NCBI GenBank assembly: GCA_947313885.1
Contig: CAMZNU010000002.1
Span: 4,321 to 68,320 of the forward strand
Source: an uncultured Clostridia bacterium
GTDB lineage: Bacteria > Bacillota > Clostridia > Lachnospirales > CAMZNU01
Direction of reading: 5' to 3'
Length of the DNA stretch: 64,000 bases
Part shown: positions 10,713 to 20,344 of the stretch, in pieces
Layout of the letters: the number at the start of each line of letters is the position of its first letter
How positions within the stretch are numbered: the first letter of the stretch is position 1
The notes under the pieces: generated by a model
Told to the model about the DNA's origin: nothing
What the model saw: only the letters and a program-made list of their open reading frames with translations
Databases searched by the model: none
Program-made: the position numbers and the translations under genes

Positions 10713-12497
10713 ATGAAAGCTATAATGATTATGTTCGATACACTTAGTAGAAGATATTTACCTAACTATGGAAATGATTGGGTTAAAATGCCAAACTTTG
10801 AGCGTTTAGGTGAAAAAACAGTAACTATGGACAATTTTTATGTAGGAAGTTTACCATGTATGCCAGCTAGACGTGAGTTACATACAGGGCGTGTAAACTT
10901 TTTACATAGAGGTTGGTCGCCTCTTGAACCATTTGACGATTCAATGCCAGAAATATTAAAAAATAATAATGTATATACACACCTTATTACAGACCATCAA
11001 CATTATTGGGAAGATGGGGGAGCTACGTATCATAATAGATATAATTCTTATGAGTTTATAAGAGGGCAAGAAGGTGATTTATGGAAAGGTGTTGTAAAAG
11101 ATCCAGAAGATATGCCAGAGCATATTAATCATATGCTAGGATTTATGAAAGAAATTAGAAGACATGATTTTATAAATCGCAAATATATGATAGAAGATGA
11201 GGATTATCCGCAAGCACAATGTTTTAATAAAGGTCTTGAATTTTTAGAAAAAAATAAAGATGCTGATAATTGGTTTTTACAAATAGAATCTTTTGATCCT
11301 CATGAACCATTTTGTGTACCAGATAGATTTAAGGAAATGTATAAAGATGAATTTGAAGGTGAATTTGATTGGCCAGGGTATGGAAATAGTGGTAGTGATT
11401 CAGAGGAAAAAATAAAACATGGAAGACATATGTATGCAGCACTTATGAGTATGTGCGATGAATATTTAGGTAAAGTTATAGACTTTATGGATGATAATAA
11501 TATGTGGGATGATACTATGCTTATTGTCAATACAGACCATGGTTTTTTAATGGGAGAAAAAGAGTGGTGGGGTAAAAATATTATGCCAAATTACAATGAA
11601 GTAGCGCATACACCATTTTTCATATGGGATCCTAGAACTAAAATTAAAAACGAAAGAAGACAATCGTTAAGCCAAACGATAGATATAGCACCGACTATCC
11701 TTGATTATTTCGAACAAGAAATACCAAAAGATATGGAAGGTAAAACATTAAAAGATGTAGTAAAGACAGATAGTAAAATAAGGGATTACGGATTGTACGG
11801 TATATTTGGTGGACATGTAAATATTACAGATGGAAAATATACGTATATGAGGTCTTGCGACACATTTGGTAATGGTGATATTTTTGAATATACACTAATG
11901 CCTATGGATATGCGAGGAATGAAAAGCACAAAAATATTAGAAAAAGCACAACTTAGCAAACCATTCAATTTCACAAAAGGCGTACCACTGTTAAAAATGA
12001 AACCTAGTATGGCTATGATAAATCCTTATTTAACTGGTCATATGTTATTTGATTTAAAAAATGATCCATATCAACAAAATGCTATAGATAATTTTGAAAT
12101 AGAAAGTGAGATGTGTAAAGCAATAGTTGAATTAATGGTTAAAAATGATGCACCAAAAGAGCAATTTGAAAGAATAGGTTTATCATCAAGTAAAGAAATA
12201 ACAGCAGAACAATTAAAAGAAAATAAAATAAGAAGAGAAGAAGATGAAAATAGATTATTTGAAATGTTAGGAATGGAAATAGAAGATGATGCTAAAAATC
12301 CATTTTTAAGCTTAGCTAGTAACGTGCCAAAAGATTTTTTAGGAAACTTTATAGGTGGATTTAAAAAAATATTAGAACAAAAAAATGTAGATGTTGTAAC
12401 TATTAATGAAGTTGTTGAATTTATGAAACTACAAATGCCACCGCAATTTGCATCATTTGCAGGTATGTTAATTAAATCATCATCAAGACGAAAATAG
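10713..12497 (+). CDS. Cys-type sulfatase (formylglycine-dependent), cytoplasmic
   Basis: 594 aa. N-terminal IMIMFDTLS metal-binding site. LPCMPARRELHTGR matches the C-x-P-x-R-x4-TG formylglycine signature. No signal peptide. Confidence 0.85.
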   Translation: MKAIMIMFDTLSRRYLPNYGNDWVKMPNFERLGEKTVTMDNFYVGSLPCMPARRELHTGRVNFLHRGWSPLEPFDDSMPEILKNNNVYTHLITDHQHYWEDGGATYHNRYNSYEFIRGQEGDLWKGVVKDPEDMPEHINHMLGFMKEIRRHDFINRKYMIEDEDYPQAQCFNKGLEFLEKNKDADNWFLQIESFDPHEPFCVPDRFKEMYKDEFEGEFDWPGYGNSGSDSEEKIKHGRHMYAALMSMCDEYLGKVIDFMDDNNMWDDTMLIVNTDHGFLMGEKEWWGKNIMPNYNEVAHTPFFIWDPRTKIKNERRQSLSQTIDIAPTILDYFEQEIPKDMEGKTLKDVVKTDSKIRDYGLYGIFGGHVNITDGKYTYMRSCDTFGNGDIFEYTLMPMDMRGMKSTKILEKAQLSKPFNFTKGVPLLKMKPSMAMINPYLTGHMLFDLKNDPYQQNAIDNFEIESEMCKAIVELMVKNDAPKEQFERIGLSSSKEITAEQLKENKIRREEDENRLFEMLGMEIEDDAKNPFLSLASNVPKDFLGNFIGGFKKILEQKNVDVVTINEVVEFMKLQMPPQFASFAGMLIKSSSRRK

Positions 12498-12507
12498 GGG
12501 GATACAT

Positions 12508-13857
12508 ATGGAATCTAATAAAGGCAAAATGCCATTAAAAAACATAATGGGATACGGTGTAGCATCAATAGGATTTAACTTTGTATATTTATTATCAGCA
12601 CAATTTTTAAATATTTATTATACGAATGTTTTAGGAATTTCCCTAGCGAGTGTTGGGGTTATAATGTTAATAGCAAGATTATGGGATGGGGTTAATGATC
12701 CTATAATGGGAAGTATAGTAGATAGAACCAATACAAAACAAGGTAAATATAGACCATATTTAATATGGGGAATACTTCCATTAGCAAGTACTACAGCACT
12801 GTTATATTACTATCCAAGTGCATTAGGTGAAAATAATAAAGTAATATATGCAGGAGTTACGTATATATTATTTGGTATGGCATATACTTTTGCAAACATA
12901 CCATACTTAGCTATGCAATCTACACTTTCTTATGATAGTGACGAGAGAACGAAAATAATAACTATAAAAAATGTATTTACATTAGTGGGAATATTGTTTA
13001 TGACTATAATTATTCCTAAGATAGCATTTGATAGCACAGGACCAACAGCATCAGGTTTTTTAAAAGGTGGTCTTATAGGTGCTGTTATAGTTATAATAAC
13101 AATGCCAATTAGTTATTTATCTACATCTAAATTTAAATTTAATGATGACATTAAAGAAAAAAAAGAGAAAATAACATTTGCAGATATGAAAGAAGCTTTA
13201 TTATCAAATAAACCATTAATGCAAATAGCAGGTACATTATTTATAATATCTATAGGTGGAACGTTAGTGGGAGGTGGTAACTACTACTTTATAAACGTAA
13301 TAGACCGTAGTGATTTAGTGGGGTTATTTGCACTATCAACTATGATGCCTATGATGGTTGGAATGGCTCTTATGCCAATAGCTATGAAGTTTGAGAAAAA
13401 GAATGTAATGGGATATGGAATGATAATGTATGGAGTAGTTTCGTTTATAATGTTTTTTGTACCACAGGAAAACCCAATGTTGTTTATTATATTAAATGGA
13501 GTTAGAGGATTAGGATTTGGAACAGCGATGATATTAATATGGTCAATGATAGCAGATACGGTAGACTATGCGAAATTAAAAACGGGTAAACAACAAGGTG
13601 GTATAGTGTTTTCAACATCAACATTTATGCAAAAGTCAGCAGGTGGGTTAGGTATTGCACTTATGAATTTTTTAATGATTAAAGTAGGTCTTGATGCCAC
13701 ATCTAATGTACAATCAGCTAGTACGGCTAAAGGGTTAATATTTATAATAGCAGTATTACCAGGTATACTATATTTAATTAATGGTATATATCTAATATTA
13801 AAATATCCATTAAATAAATCATACATGAAAGAAATACAAGAAAAATTAGGTAGATAA
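12508..13857 (+). CDS. GPH-family glycoside/pentoside/hexuronide:cation symporter
   Basis: 449 aa polytopic protein. WDGVNDPIMGSIVDRT matches the MelB/GPH signature D-x2-NDP-x2-G-x3-DRT. Confidence 0.85.
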   Translation: MESNKGKMPLKNIMGYGVASIGFNFVYLLSAQFLNIYYTNVLGISLASVGVIMLIARLWDGVNDPIMGSIVDRTNTKQGKYRPYLIWGILPLASTTALLYYYPSALGENNKVIYAGVTYILFGMAYTFANIPYLAMQSTLSYDSDERTKIITIKNVFTLVGILFMTIIIPKIAFDSTGPTASGFLKGGLIGAVIVIITMPISYLSTSKFKFNDDIKEKKEKITFADMKEALLSNKPLMQIAGTLFIISIGGTLVGGGNYYFINVIDRSDLVGLFALSTMMPMMVGMALMPIAMKFEKKNVMGYGMIMYGVVSFIMFFVPQENPMLFIILNGVRGLGFGTAMILIWSMIADTVDYAKLKTGKQQGGIVFSTSTFMQKSAGGLGIALMNFLMIKVGLDATSNVQSASTAKGLIFIIAVLPGILYLINGIYLILKYPLNKSYMKEIQEKLGR

Positions 13858-13872
13858 TAAGAGGAGAAAAAA

Positions 13873-14985
13873 TTGAAAAATATAAATTTTTTAATAAAAC
13901 CATCATCTAGTAAATGTAACTTAAAATGTAAATATTGTTTTTATAATGACATAGCACAAAATAGAGATGTAGCAGATTACGGATTTATGAAAATTGAAAC
14001 GGCTAAAAATATTATAGAAAAAGCATATAAATTTTCAAATGGCGGTTATGTAACATTTGCATTTCAGGGAGGCGAACCTACATTAATAGGTATCGAGTTT
14101 TATGAAAAATTTGTAGAAATGACAATAAGTAAATTTGGAAGCCTAAAGAATATAGCTTTTGCGTTACAAACAAATGGAATTATTATTAATGATGAATGGG
14201 GAAAATTTTTTAAAGAAAACAATTTCTTAGTAGGAATATCTATAGATGGAACAAAAGATATACATAACTTAAACAGAATTGACTTTAGTAATGAAGGGAC
14301 TTACAAAGAAGCATTAAGAGGTGTTAAAATATTAGAAAAATATGAAGTGGACTTTAATATTTTAACTGTAGTGCATAAAGTTGTGTCAAAGAAAATAAAT
14401 AAAATATATCGAGAATATAGAAAAAATAACTTTACTCATTTGCAGTTTATACCGTGTATAGACATAAATGAAAAAAGTGATCCGAATAATTTTTTATTAA
14501 CAAATGAACAACATTTATTATTTTTAAAATCACTATTTGATTTATGGTATACAGATTATATGAATGGTAATAAAGTTAACATCAGATATTTTGATAATAT
14601 ATTAGGAATATTTTTAGGATATTTACCAGAAAGTTGTACTACAATGGGAATATGCTCTATGCAACATGCAATAGAAGGAGATGGATCAGTATACCCATGT
14701 GATTTTTACGTAACAGATGAATACAAAATAGGGGACATAAATAGAGATGACATAGAAGACATGCAAAAAAATAATATTACTAGTGATTTTATTAAGGAAT
14801 CTTATGTTCTAAATAATGATTGCAAAAGATGTGAATTTTTACAACTGTGCAGAGGTGGCTGTAAAAAGTTCAGAAATGATAAAAAAAATTATTACTGTAA
14901 TACGTATAAAGAATTTTTTAAATATTCGCATGAAAGATTTAATAAGTTAGCTACAAAAATAAAAATGGATACTTTTATAAAATAA
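13873..14985 (+). CDS. Anaerobic sulfatase-maturating enzyme (radical SAM/SPASM)
   Basis: 370 aa. TTG start with gaggag RBS. CNLKCKYC radical-SAM box. C-terminal SPASM Cys clusters (CSMQH.., CKRCEFLQLCRGGC). Encoded two genes downstream of the Cys-type sulfatase, after the GPH symporter. Confidence 0.88.
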   Translation: MKNINFLIKPSSSKCNLKCKYCFYNDIAQNRDVADYGFMKIETAKNIIEKAYKFSNGGYVTFAFQGGEPTLIGIEFYEKFVEMTISKFGSLKNIAFALQTNGIIINDEWGKFFKENNFLVGISIDGTKDIHNLNRIDFSNEGTYKEALRGVKILEKYEVDFNILTVVHKVVSKKINKIYREYRKNNFTHLQFIPCIDINEKSDPNNFLLTNEQHLLFLKSLFDLWYTDYMNGNKVNIRYFDNILGIFLGYLPESCTTMGICSMQHAIEGDGSVYPCDFYVTDEYKIGDINRDDIEDMQKNNITSDFIKESYVLNNDCKRCEFLQLCRGGCKKFRNDKKNYYCNTYKEFFKYSHERFNKLATKIKMDTFIK

Positions 14986-15031
14986 GATAAAAGCTAAATC
15001 GCAGTTTAAACAGGTATTAAGGTCAAGGTAA

Positions 15032-15094
15032 AAAAATATGAAGAGAGAAGCTGATTTCTGTAGTTTACAGGAGTCGGCTTCTTTAAATTACATT
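15032..15094 (+). repeat. Inverted-repeat copy A, containing terminator-like hairpin 15047-15081
   Basis: aaaaatatgaagagagaagctgatttctgtagtttacaggagtcggcttctttaaattacatt. Matches the reverse complement of 19434-19496 with about 7 mismatches and 2 single-nt gaps by manual alignment. Weaker similarity continues about 35 nt further upstream. Confidence 0.8.
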
Positions 15095-15477
15095 GGTATA
15101 CTTGTGTTCATAATAGCCAACCCCATTTTCCTATATACTTTTTTCCATCGCTATGTATTACTCGCTATTTTCCAAACCCACCGTTTCAATGCGTAACTAT
15201 CTTCAAATATAAGCGTAGATTCCTTTCTATTTTACTATCTGCCATAAAATGTAACTGGATACGTTATTGCGTTAGAGTAATTTTTTTAACGAATTTATTT
15301 GTTCTTAAATTTTCAACTTCATTTTTGGTAAATGATAATTTACTAATGACCTTAACTCCGTATATATTATTGTATAAAGAAAAGTCTATATAATAGGCTT
15401 TTTTAGTGTACATTATGTAGGTTTTAGTTTAAATACAATAGAAGTTTTTTTATTTTACAATCTTCAAAATAAAAATA

Positions 15478-15506
15478 TAGAAATAAAGTATTTAATTGTG
15501 TATAAT
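15478..15506 (+). promoter_or_regulatory. Possible sigmaA-type promoter for ptb-buk
   Basis: TAGAAA, 17-nt spacer, TATAAT (15501-15506), 25 nt upstream of the ptb ATG. The -35 element is weak. Confidence 0.35.
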
Positions 15507-15531
15507 TAGTAAAAAAAATAAGGAGGAATGC

Positions 15532-16410
15532 ATGAATGACATAAAGAGTTTACTTGAAAAAGCTAAAAAAGTTAGTGGTAATAAAATAGCAGTAGCAGTA
15601 GCAGAAGATAAAGAAGTTTTAAAGAGTGTAGAGATGGGATATTTAGAAGGTATCTCAGAATATATTTTAGTAGGAGATGAAATAAAAATAAGAGATATAG
15701 CAAAAAAAAATAACATAGATATTAAAAATCATAAAATAATTGATTGTAAAGACAATATAGAAGCTTGCGAAATAGCGGTTAAGTTAGTAAAAAATAATGA
15801 AGCTAATGCGTTAATGAAAGGACTAATAGATACAAGTGTAATATTAAAGGCGTCATTGAATAAAGAATGGGGCTTAAGAACAGGTAATTTAATTAGTCAT
15901 TTAGCAGTGTTTGAAATGGACACGTATAAAAAATTATTATTTGTTACAGATTGTGCAATAAATATAAATCCAGATTTAGAGGCTAAAAAAAGTATAGTTA
16001 AAAATTCTTTAAAGGCATTAAACAATTTAGGATTAAAAGAAATAAAAGTTGGAGTAATATGTGCTAAAGAAAAAATGAATCCCAAAATGCAATCTACAGT
16101 AGATGCAGTTGAGTTAGTAAAAGAGTTTTCTGATAAATGCATAATAGAAGGACCCGTTGCAATGGACGGTGCTATAAGTAAAAAAGCATCAGAAATAAAA
16201 GGTATAGATTCAAAAATAGCAGGTGCTGTAGATTTAGTAGTAATGGACAATATAGAGGCAGGAAATGTTTTATATAAAACATTAACATACTTATGTGAGG
16301 CGCAAAATGGCGGTGTAGTTCTTGGAACATTAAAACCAATTATATTAACTAGTAGAGCAGACAGTGCAAAATCAAAATTAATTTCGATGGCACTAGGTGT
16401 ATTATCATAG
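15532..16410 (+). CDS. ptb: Phosphate butyryltransferase
   Basis: Phosphate acetyl/butyryltransferase family (..NALMKGLIDTS.., ..LTSRADS..). Start moved to the ATG at 15532 (MNDIKSLL), preceded by aggagg. Followed by buk. Confidence 0.85.
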   Translation: MNDIKSLLEKAKKVSGNKIAVAVAEDKEVLKSVEMGYLEGISEYILVGDEIKIRDIAKKNNIDIKNHKIIDCKDNIEACEIAVKLVKNNEANALMKGLIDTSVILKASLNKEWGLRTGNLISHLAVFEMDTYKKLLFVTDCAININPDLEAKKSIVKNSLKALNNLGLKEIKVGVICAKEKMNPKMQSTVDAVELVKEFSDKCIIEGPVAMDGAISKKASEIKGIDSKIAGAVDLVVMDNIEAGNVLYKTLTYLCEAQNGGVVLGTLKPIILTSRADSAKSKLISMALGVLS

Positions 16411-16418
16411 GAGGAAAG

Positions 16419-17483
16419 ATGAAAATTTTAGCTATCAATCCAGGATCAACGACGACAAAGATATCACTATATGAAAATGAAAAATGTATATTTGTAAAAA
16501 ATATAGAACATTCATCAGAGTATTTAAGTAAATTTGATAAAATAATAGAACAAAAAAACTTTAGAATTGAAGAAGTTAAAAAAGCTATTAAAGAAAATGA
16601 AATTAGTATAGATGAGATAGATGTATTTGTCGGAAGAGGTGGGCTAGTTCGTCCTATAGCAAGTGGAACATATAAAATAAACGATGCATTAATAAAAGAT
16701 TTAGAAGATGGATATATGGGAGAACATGCATCAAACTTAGGTGGGCTAATAGCTTATGAGCTTGGCAGTATAAATAATAAGAATAATTACATTGTAGACC
16801 CTGTAGTAGTAGATGAGTTAGATGACGTTGCTAGAATTACAGGCTTAAAAGGAATTGAGAGAAAATCTATTTTTCATGCATTAAATCAAAAAGCAGTAGC
16901 TAAAAGGTACGCAAAAGAAGTTAATAAACAATATAATGAATTAACATTAATCGTTGCACATATGGGTGGCGGTATATCTGTAGGGTTGCATAAAAATGGT
17001 AGAGTTATAGAAACAAATAATGCATTAGGAGGAGATGGACCGTTTTCACCAGAGAGGGCAGGAGTGCTACCAATGTTTGAATTTCTTAAATATGCAAAGA
17101 ATATGCCAATAGACGAAATAAATAAATCAATTAAAGGTGCAGGAGGGCTAGTAGATTATTTTAAAACTAGTGACGTTAGAGAAGTTGAAAAGTTAAAACT
17201 AAAAGGTAATAAAGAAAGTGATATAGTTCTAGAAGCTATGGCATATAGCATAGCAAAGGAAATAGGAGCATTCGCAACAGTTGCATCAGGAAAAGTAGAG
17301 CAAATAATTTTAACAGGTGGAGTTGCATATAGTGAATATATAACATCATACATTGAAGAAAAAGTTGGATATATATGTGGAGTAACACGTTATCCAGGTG
17401 AGGATGAAATGGAAGCATTAACGTTAGGAGCATTACGAGTAGAGTTAGGAGAGGAAACAGTGAAAGAATATATAGTGAAGTAA
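16419..17483 (+). CDS. buk: Butyrate kinase
   Basis: 354 aa. MKILAINPGSTTTK N-terminus and acetate/butyrate kinase family layout. Paired with ptb. Confidence 0.9.
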   Translation: MKILAINPGSTTTKISLYENEKCIFVKNIEHSSEYLSKFDKIIEQKNFRIEEVKKAIKENEISIDEIDVFVGRGGLVRPIASGTYKINDALIKDLEDGYMGEHASNLGGLIAYELGSINNKNNYIVDPVVVDELDDVARITGLKGIERKSIFHALNQKAVAKRYAKEVNKQYNELTLIVAHMGGGISVGLHKNGRVIETNNALGGDGPFSPERAGVLPMFEFLKYAKNMPIDEINKSIKGAGGLVDYFKTSDVREVEKLKLKGNKESDIVLEAMAYSIAKEIGAFATVASGKVEQIILTGGVAYSEYITSYIEEKVGYICGVTRYPGEDEMEALTLGALRVELGEETVKEYIVK

Positions 17484-17538
17484 GTTATATTTAAAAAAAA
17501 TAGTAATACAATATAATAAAAGTATGAAGAGGTATAAG

Positions 17539-18408
17539 ATGAATTTAATTAATTTAGTAAGAGGATTTTTAATGGCAGTAGCTGATAGTATGCCTGGGGT
17601 ATCAGGTGGTACAATTGCGTTTATAATGGGTTTTTATGATAAATTAATTAAAAACATAGATACGATTATATATAGTAAAACTATTAGAGAAAAAAAAGAA
17701 CCTATTACTTTTTTATTACAGCTAGGTGTTGGGTGGATAATAGGGTTAGTGTTATCAGTAAAATTAATAAGTAGTATTTTTGAAAATAATATATATTTAA
17801 TAAGTTCGTTATTTATTGGATTTATAGTATTTTCAATTCCGTATTTAATTTTAGAAGAAGTGGAAGTTTTAAAAAAGAATAAAAAAGGAATTTTATTTAC
17901 AGTAGTAGGGGCGATAGGTGTCTATTTAATATCATCACAAAGTGGTGAAGTAATAAATATTGGTGGTAGTTTAAATGAAACAAATTATATATATTTGTTT
18001 TTTAGTGGAGCGATAGCTATAAGTGCAATGATTCTACCAGGAATATCAGGCTCTACGTTGTTATTAATATTAGGCGTATATTCGCAAATTATATTTACGA
18101 TTGACGAAGTAATAAGTTTTAACTTTGCAAATATAGATATATTAATTATATTTGCAATAGGGATATTTTTTGGAGCATTATTTAGTGTAAAAACGGTATC
18201 GTATTGTTTAAAAAAATATAGGAGCAGTATAATTTATTTAGTAATAGGACTAATGATAGGATCAATATATGCTATTACAGTAGGTCCAGCCACATTAGAT
18301 ACACCTGTGGATAAAATGGATTCAACTACATTTAATTTTATATTTTTTATAATAGGCGGTATGTGTATAACTTTATTGGAAAAAATGAATAGGAGAGAAA
18401 AGAGATGA
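17539..18408 (+). CDS. DUF368-family polytopic membrane protein
   Basis: N-terminal G..MA.AD..PGVSGGT.AF.MG and a second internal PGISGST repeat, as is typical of DUF368. The ATG at 17539 has better RBS spacing (gaagagg) than the one at 17524. Confidence 0.7.
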   Translation: MNLINLVRGFLMAVADSMPGVSGGTIAFIMGFYDKLIKNIDTIIYSKTIREKKEPITFLLQLGVGWIIGLVLSVKLISSIFENNIYLISSLFIGFIVFSIPYLILEEVEVLKKNKKGILFTVVGAIGVYLISSQSGEVINIGGSLNETNYIYLFFSGAIAISAMILPGISGSTLLLILGVYSQIIFTIDEVISFNFANIDILIIFAIGIFFGALFSVKTVSYCLKKYRSSIIYLVIGLMIGSIYAITVGPATLDTPVDKMDSTTFNFIFFIIGGMCITLLEKMNRREKR

Positions 18409-19286
18409 AAAATTTTTTAGGTAGTATACAAGAGTTAGAGGTAGGTAATTTAGATGACGAGTTATTTTTAGAAACAAGTTATGAAATAGAGGATAGATCA
18501 ACGGTACTTAATGGAGCTGAACCAGAAAACATATTATTCGCAAAAAAAGTGGTATGTAGTGTATGTGAGTTTGAATTTGGTAACATAATACAAAAAACAA
18601 AAAAAGCAAAATTAGTAGATATAGATGCAGACTTAAGACCTATATATGATGTAATTGATTCTGTAGCATATGATTTAATATCATGCCCTAAATGTGGTTA
18701 CACGAGTTCATTATCAATGTTTAATAAAATAAGAGAAAAGGAAAAAAATAGATATTTAGAAAATACAGAAGGTAAATATGTACAGCCAGAAGAAGAAATA
18801 GAAGAAGAAATAGATGTTGATGTTGAAGTTGATGTTGATGTTGAAGTTGATGTTGAAGTTGAAGAAGAGAAAAAGCAAGAAAAAAAGTTAGCATACACAT
18901 ATAAGGAAGCTATAGATAGATACAAACTAGCTATATATTCAAATTATGCAAAAGGTGGTACAAGTGGAGAAAGAGCGTTTTATTTTATGAAGTTAGCATG
19001 GTTATATAGAAGTCTAGAGCGTAGAAGTGAAGAATATTTTTTATTAGACCAAGCATATGAAGGATTTTTAATTGCATTTAATGAAGAGAGCTTTCCTATA
19101 ATGGGTAATGATGAACCAACATTTAAATTGGTGTTAGGCGAAATATCGAGAAGATTAAATAGAATAGATGATTCTAAAAGATGGATAGGTAGTTTACTAA
19201 CGGATAGAAGTATAAACGAGAGAGTAAGAAAAAGAGCAGAAGATATAAAAGAAATATTAATGGTAGATGTAAAAAAGAAAAAATAA
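18405..19286 (+). CDS. DUF2225-like zinc-ribbon protein with an acidic (D/E-V)n linker
   Basis: 293 aa. CSVCEFEF ... DLRP.Y ... CPKCGYTS pattern followed by a TPR-like helical C-terminus. Overlaps the upstream gene by 4 nt. Confidence 0.6.
   Translation: MKNFLGSIQELEVGNLDDELFLETSYEIEDRSTVLNGAEPENILFAKKVVCSVCEFEFGNIIQKTKKAKLVDIDADLRPIYDVIDSVAYDLISCPKCGYTSSLSMFNKIREKEKNRYLENTEGKYVQPEEEIEEEIDVDVEVDVDVEVDVEVEEEKKQEKKLAYTYKEAIDRYKLAIYSNYAKGGTSGERAFYFMKLAWLYRSLERRSEEYFLLDQAYEGFLIAFNEESFPIMGNDEPTFKLVLGEISRRLNRIDDSKRWIGSLLTDRSINERVRKRAEDIKEILMVDVKKKK
18813..18860 (+). repeat. In-frame hexanucleotide tandem repeat (gatgtt/gaagtt) x8
   Basis: gatgtt gatgtt gaagtt gatgtt gatgtt gaagtt gatgtt gaagtt, encoding DVDVEVDVDVEVDVEV. 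Confidence 0.95.
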
Positions 19287-19316
19287 AATTAAAAGATAAC
19301 TTATGTATTTAAATTG

Positions 19317-19365
19317 GAACCTATATAATGGACACTAAAAAGTCTATTTGATAGGTTCTTTTTTA
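19317..19365 (+). terminator. Terminator of the ptb-buk-DUF368-DUF2225 unit
   Basis: gaacctat / ataggttc stem followed by tttttt. Confidence 0.6.
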
Positions 19366-19433
19366 TACAATAGAACATAAGGAATTGAGGCATAAGTAAA
19401 GTATTATTTTAAATTATAGTAACTTTAGACGTT

Positions 19434-19496
19434 AATGGAATTTAAAGAAGCTAACTTCTGTAAATACAGAAATCAGCTTCTTATTTACATATTTTT
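19434..19496 (-). repeat. Inverted-repeat copy B, containing hairpin 19447-19480
   Basis: Its reverse complement reads aaaaatatgtaaataagaagctgatttctgtatttacagaagttagcttctttaaattccatt, matching 15032-15094. Lies just downstream of the minus-strand ung gene. Confidence 0.8.
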
Positions 19497-19562
19497 CTCG
19501 TATCTTGATTCGGGAACCAGTTTATGCACATAGGTCGTCTTGCTTTAATTTTATTAATAGTA

Positions 19563-20222
19563 TTACAATTGCCAATCTATTATTTCGGAATCAATAGAAG
19601 TTAAAAAAATATTAGTTAAATTAAAATGATTACAACCAAAAAAACTGTGTCTTGCGGAAAGGGGGCTAGGATGCGATGCAGTTAAAATTTTATGATGATT
19701 ACTTATAAATTTTTCTTTTTTTTTTGCATTATTACCCCAAAGTAAAAAAACTAATGGTTTTTCGCGACAGCTTAGAGTTTTAATAACATGATCGGTAAAA
19801 GTCTCCCAACCAATACGACTATGAGAATTTGGATTACCAGCTTCAACAGTTAAAGATGTGTTCAAAAATAACACACCTTGGCTAGCTATTGGAGTTAAAT
19901 CACCAGTATGAAAATTATCTACACATAAAGAATCTTTCAACTCTTTATAAATATTTCTAAGCGAAGGTGGTATTTTGCAACCATCATTGACAGAAAAAGC
20001 TAATCCATTAGCTTGGTTTTCGTTTATATATGGATCTTGACCTAATATAACGACTTTAACATCTTCAAAATCGGTTAAATTAAAAGCATTAAAAATTAAA
20101 TTTTTAGGTGGATATATTTTTTTTGTATCGTATTGAACGTTTAAAAAAGATGTCATAGCCTTAAAATAATCCTTTGACATTTCAGTTTGCAGTTTATGTT
20201 TCCAAGTATCGTTAATATTCAT
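19563..20222 (-). CDS. ung: Uracil-DNA glycosylase
   Basis: GQDPY and HPSPLSA motifs. Start moved to Met26 of the tracked ORF (MNINDTWK), with ggagg 7 nt upstream. Confidence 0.92.
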   Translation of the reverse strand: MNINDTWKHKLQTEMSKDYFKAMTSFLNVQYDTKKIYPPKNLIFNAFNLTDFEDVKVVILGQDPYINENQANGLAFSVNDGCKIPPSLRNIYKELKDSLCVDNFHTGDLTPIASQGVLFLNTSLTVEAGNPNSHSRIGWETFTDHVIKTLSCREKPLVFLLWGNNAKKKEKFISNHHKILTASHPSPLSARHSFFGCNHFNLTNIFLTSIDSEIIDWQL

Positions 20223-20344
20223 AATACCTCCTATGTAAGTGATAGTAGTAATTATATCATAAAATAATATATATATTATTATTGATAAAATAAACAAAAA
20301 AATATATAATAATTGTAATTAAATTATATAGAAGGAGTTAAGAA

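Noticed and set aside
15095-15405. A riboswitch leader for ptb-buk.
   Set aside because: No recognisable riboswitch core. The terminator-like hairpin lies about 125 nt upstream of the ptb start, with a separate promoter candidate in between. It is kept only as an unexplained ORF-free stretch.
15496-15531. N-terminal extensions in the ORF track for ptb (15496). Others of the same kind: ung (to 20297), dxr (GTG 26513), rnr (TTG 28809), DUF368 (17524), tlpA-like (TTG 39154), rnfB' (45011).
   Set aside because: Internal ATG codons with properly spaced Shine-Dalgarno sequences give N-termini that match the family consensus. The extensions are hydrophobic or low-complexity, or overlap upstream elements.
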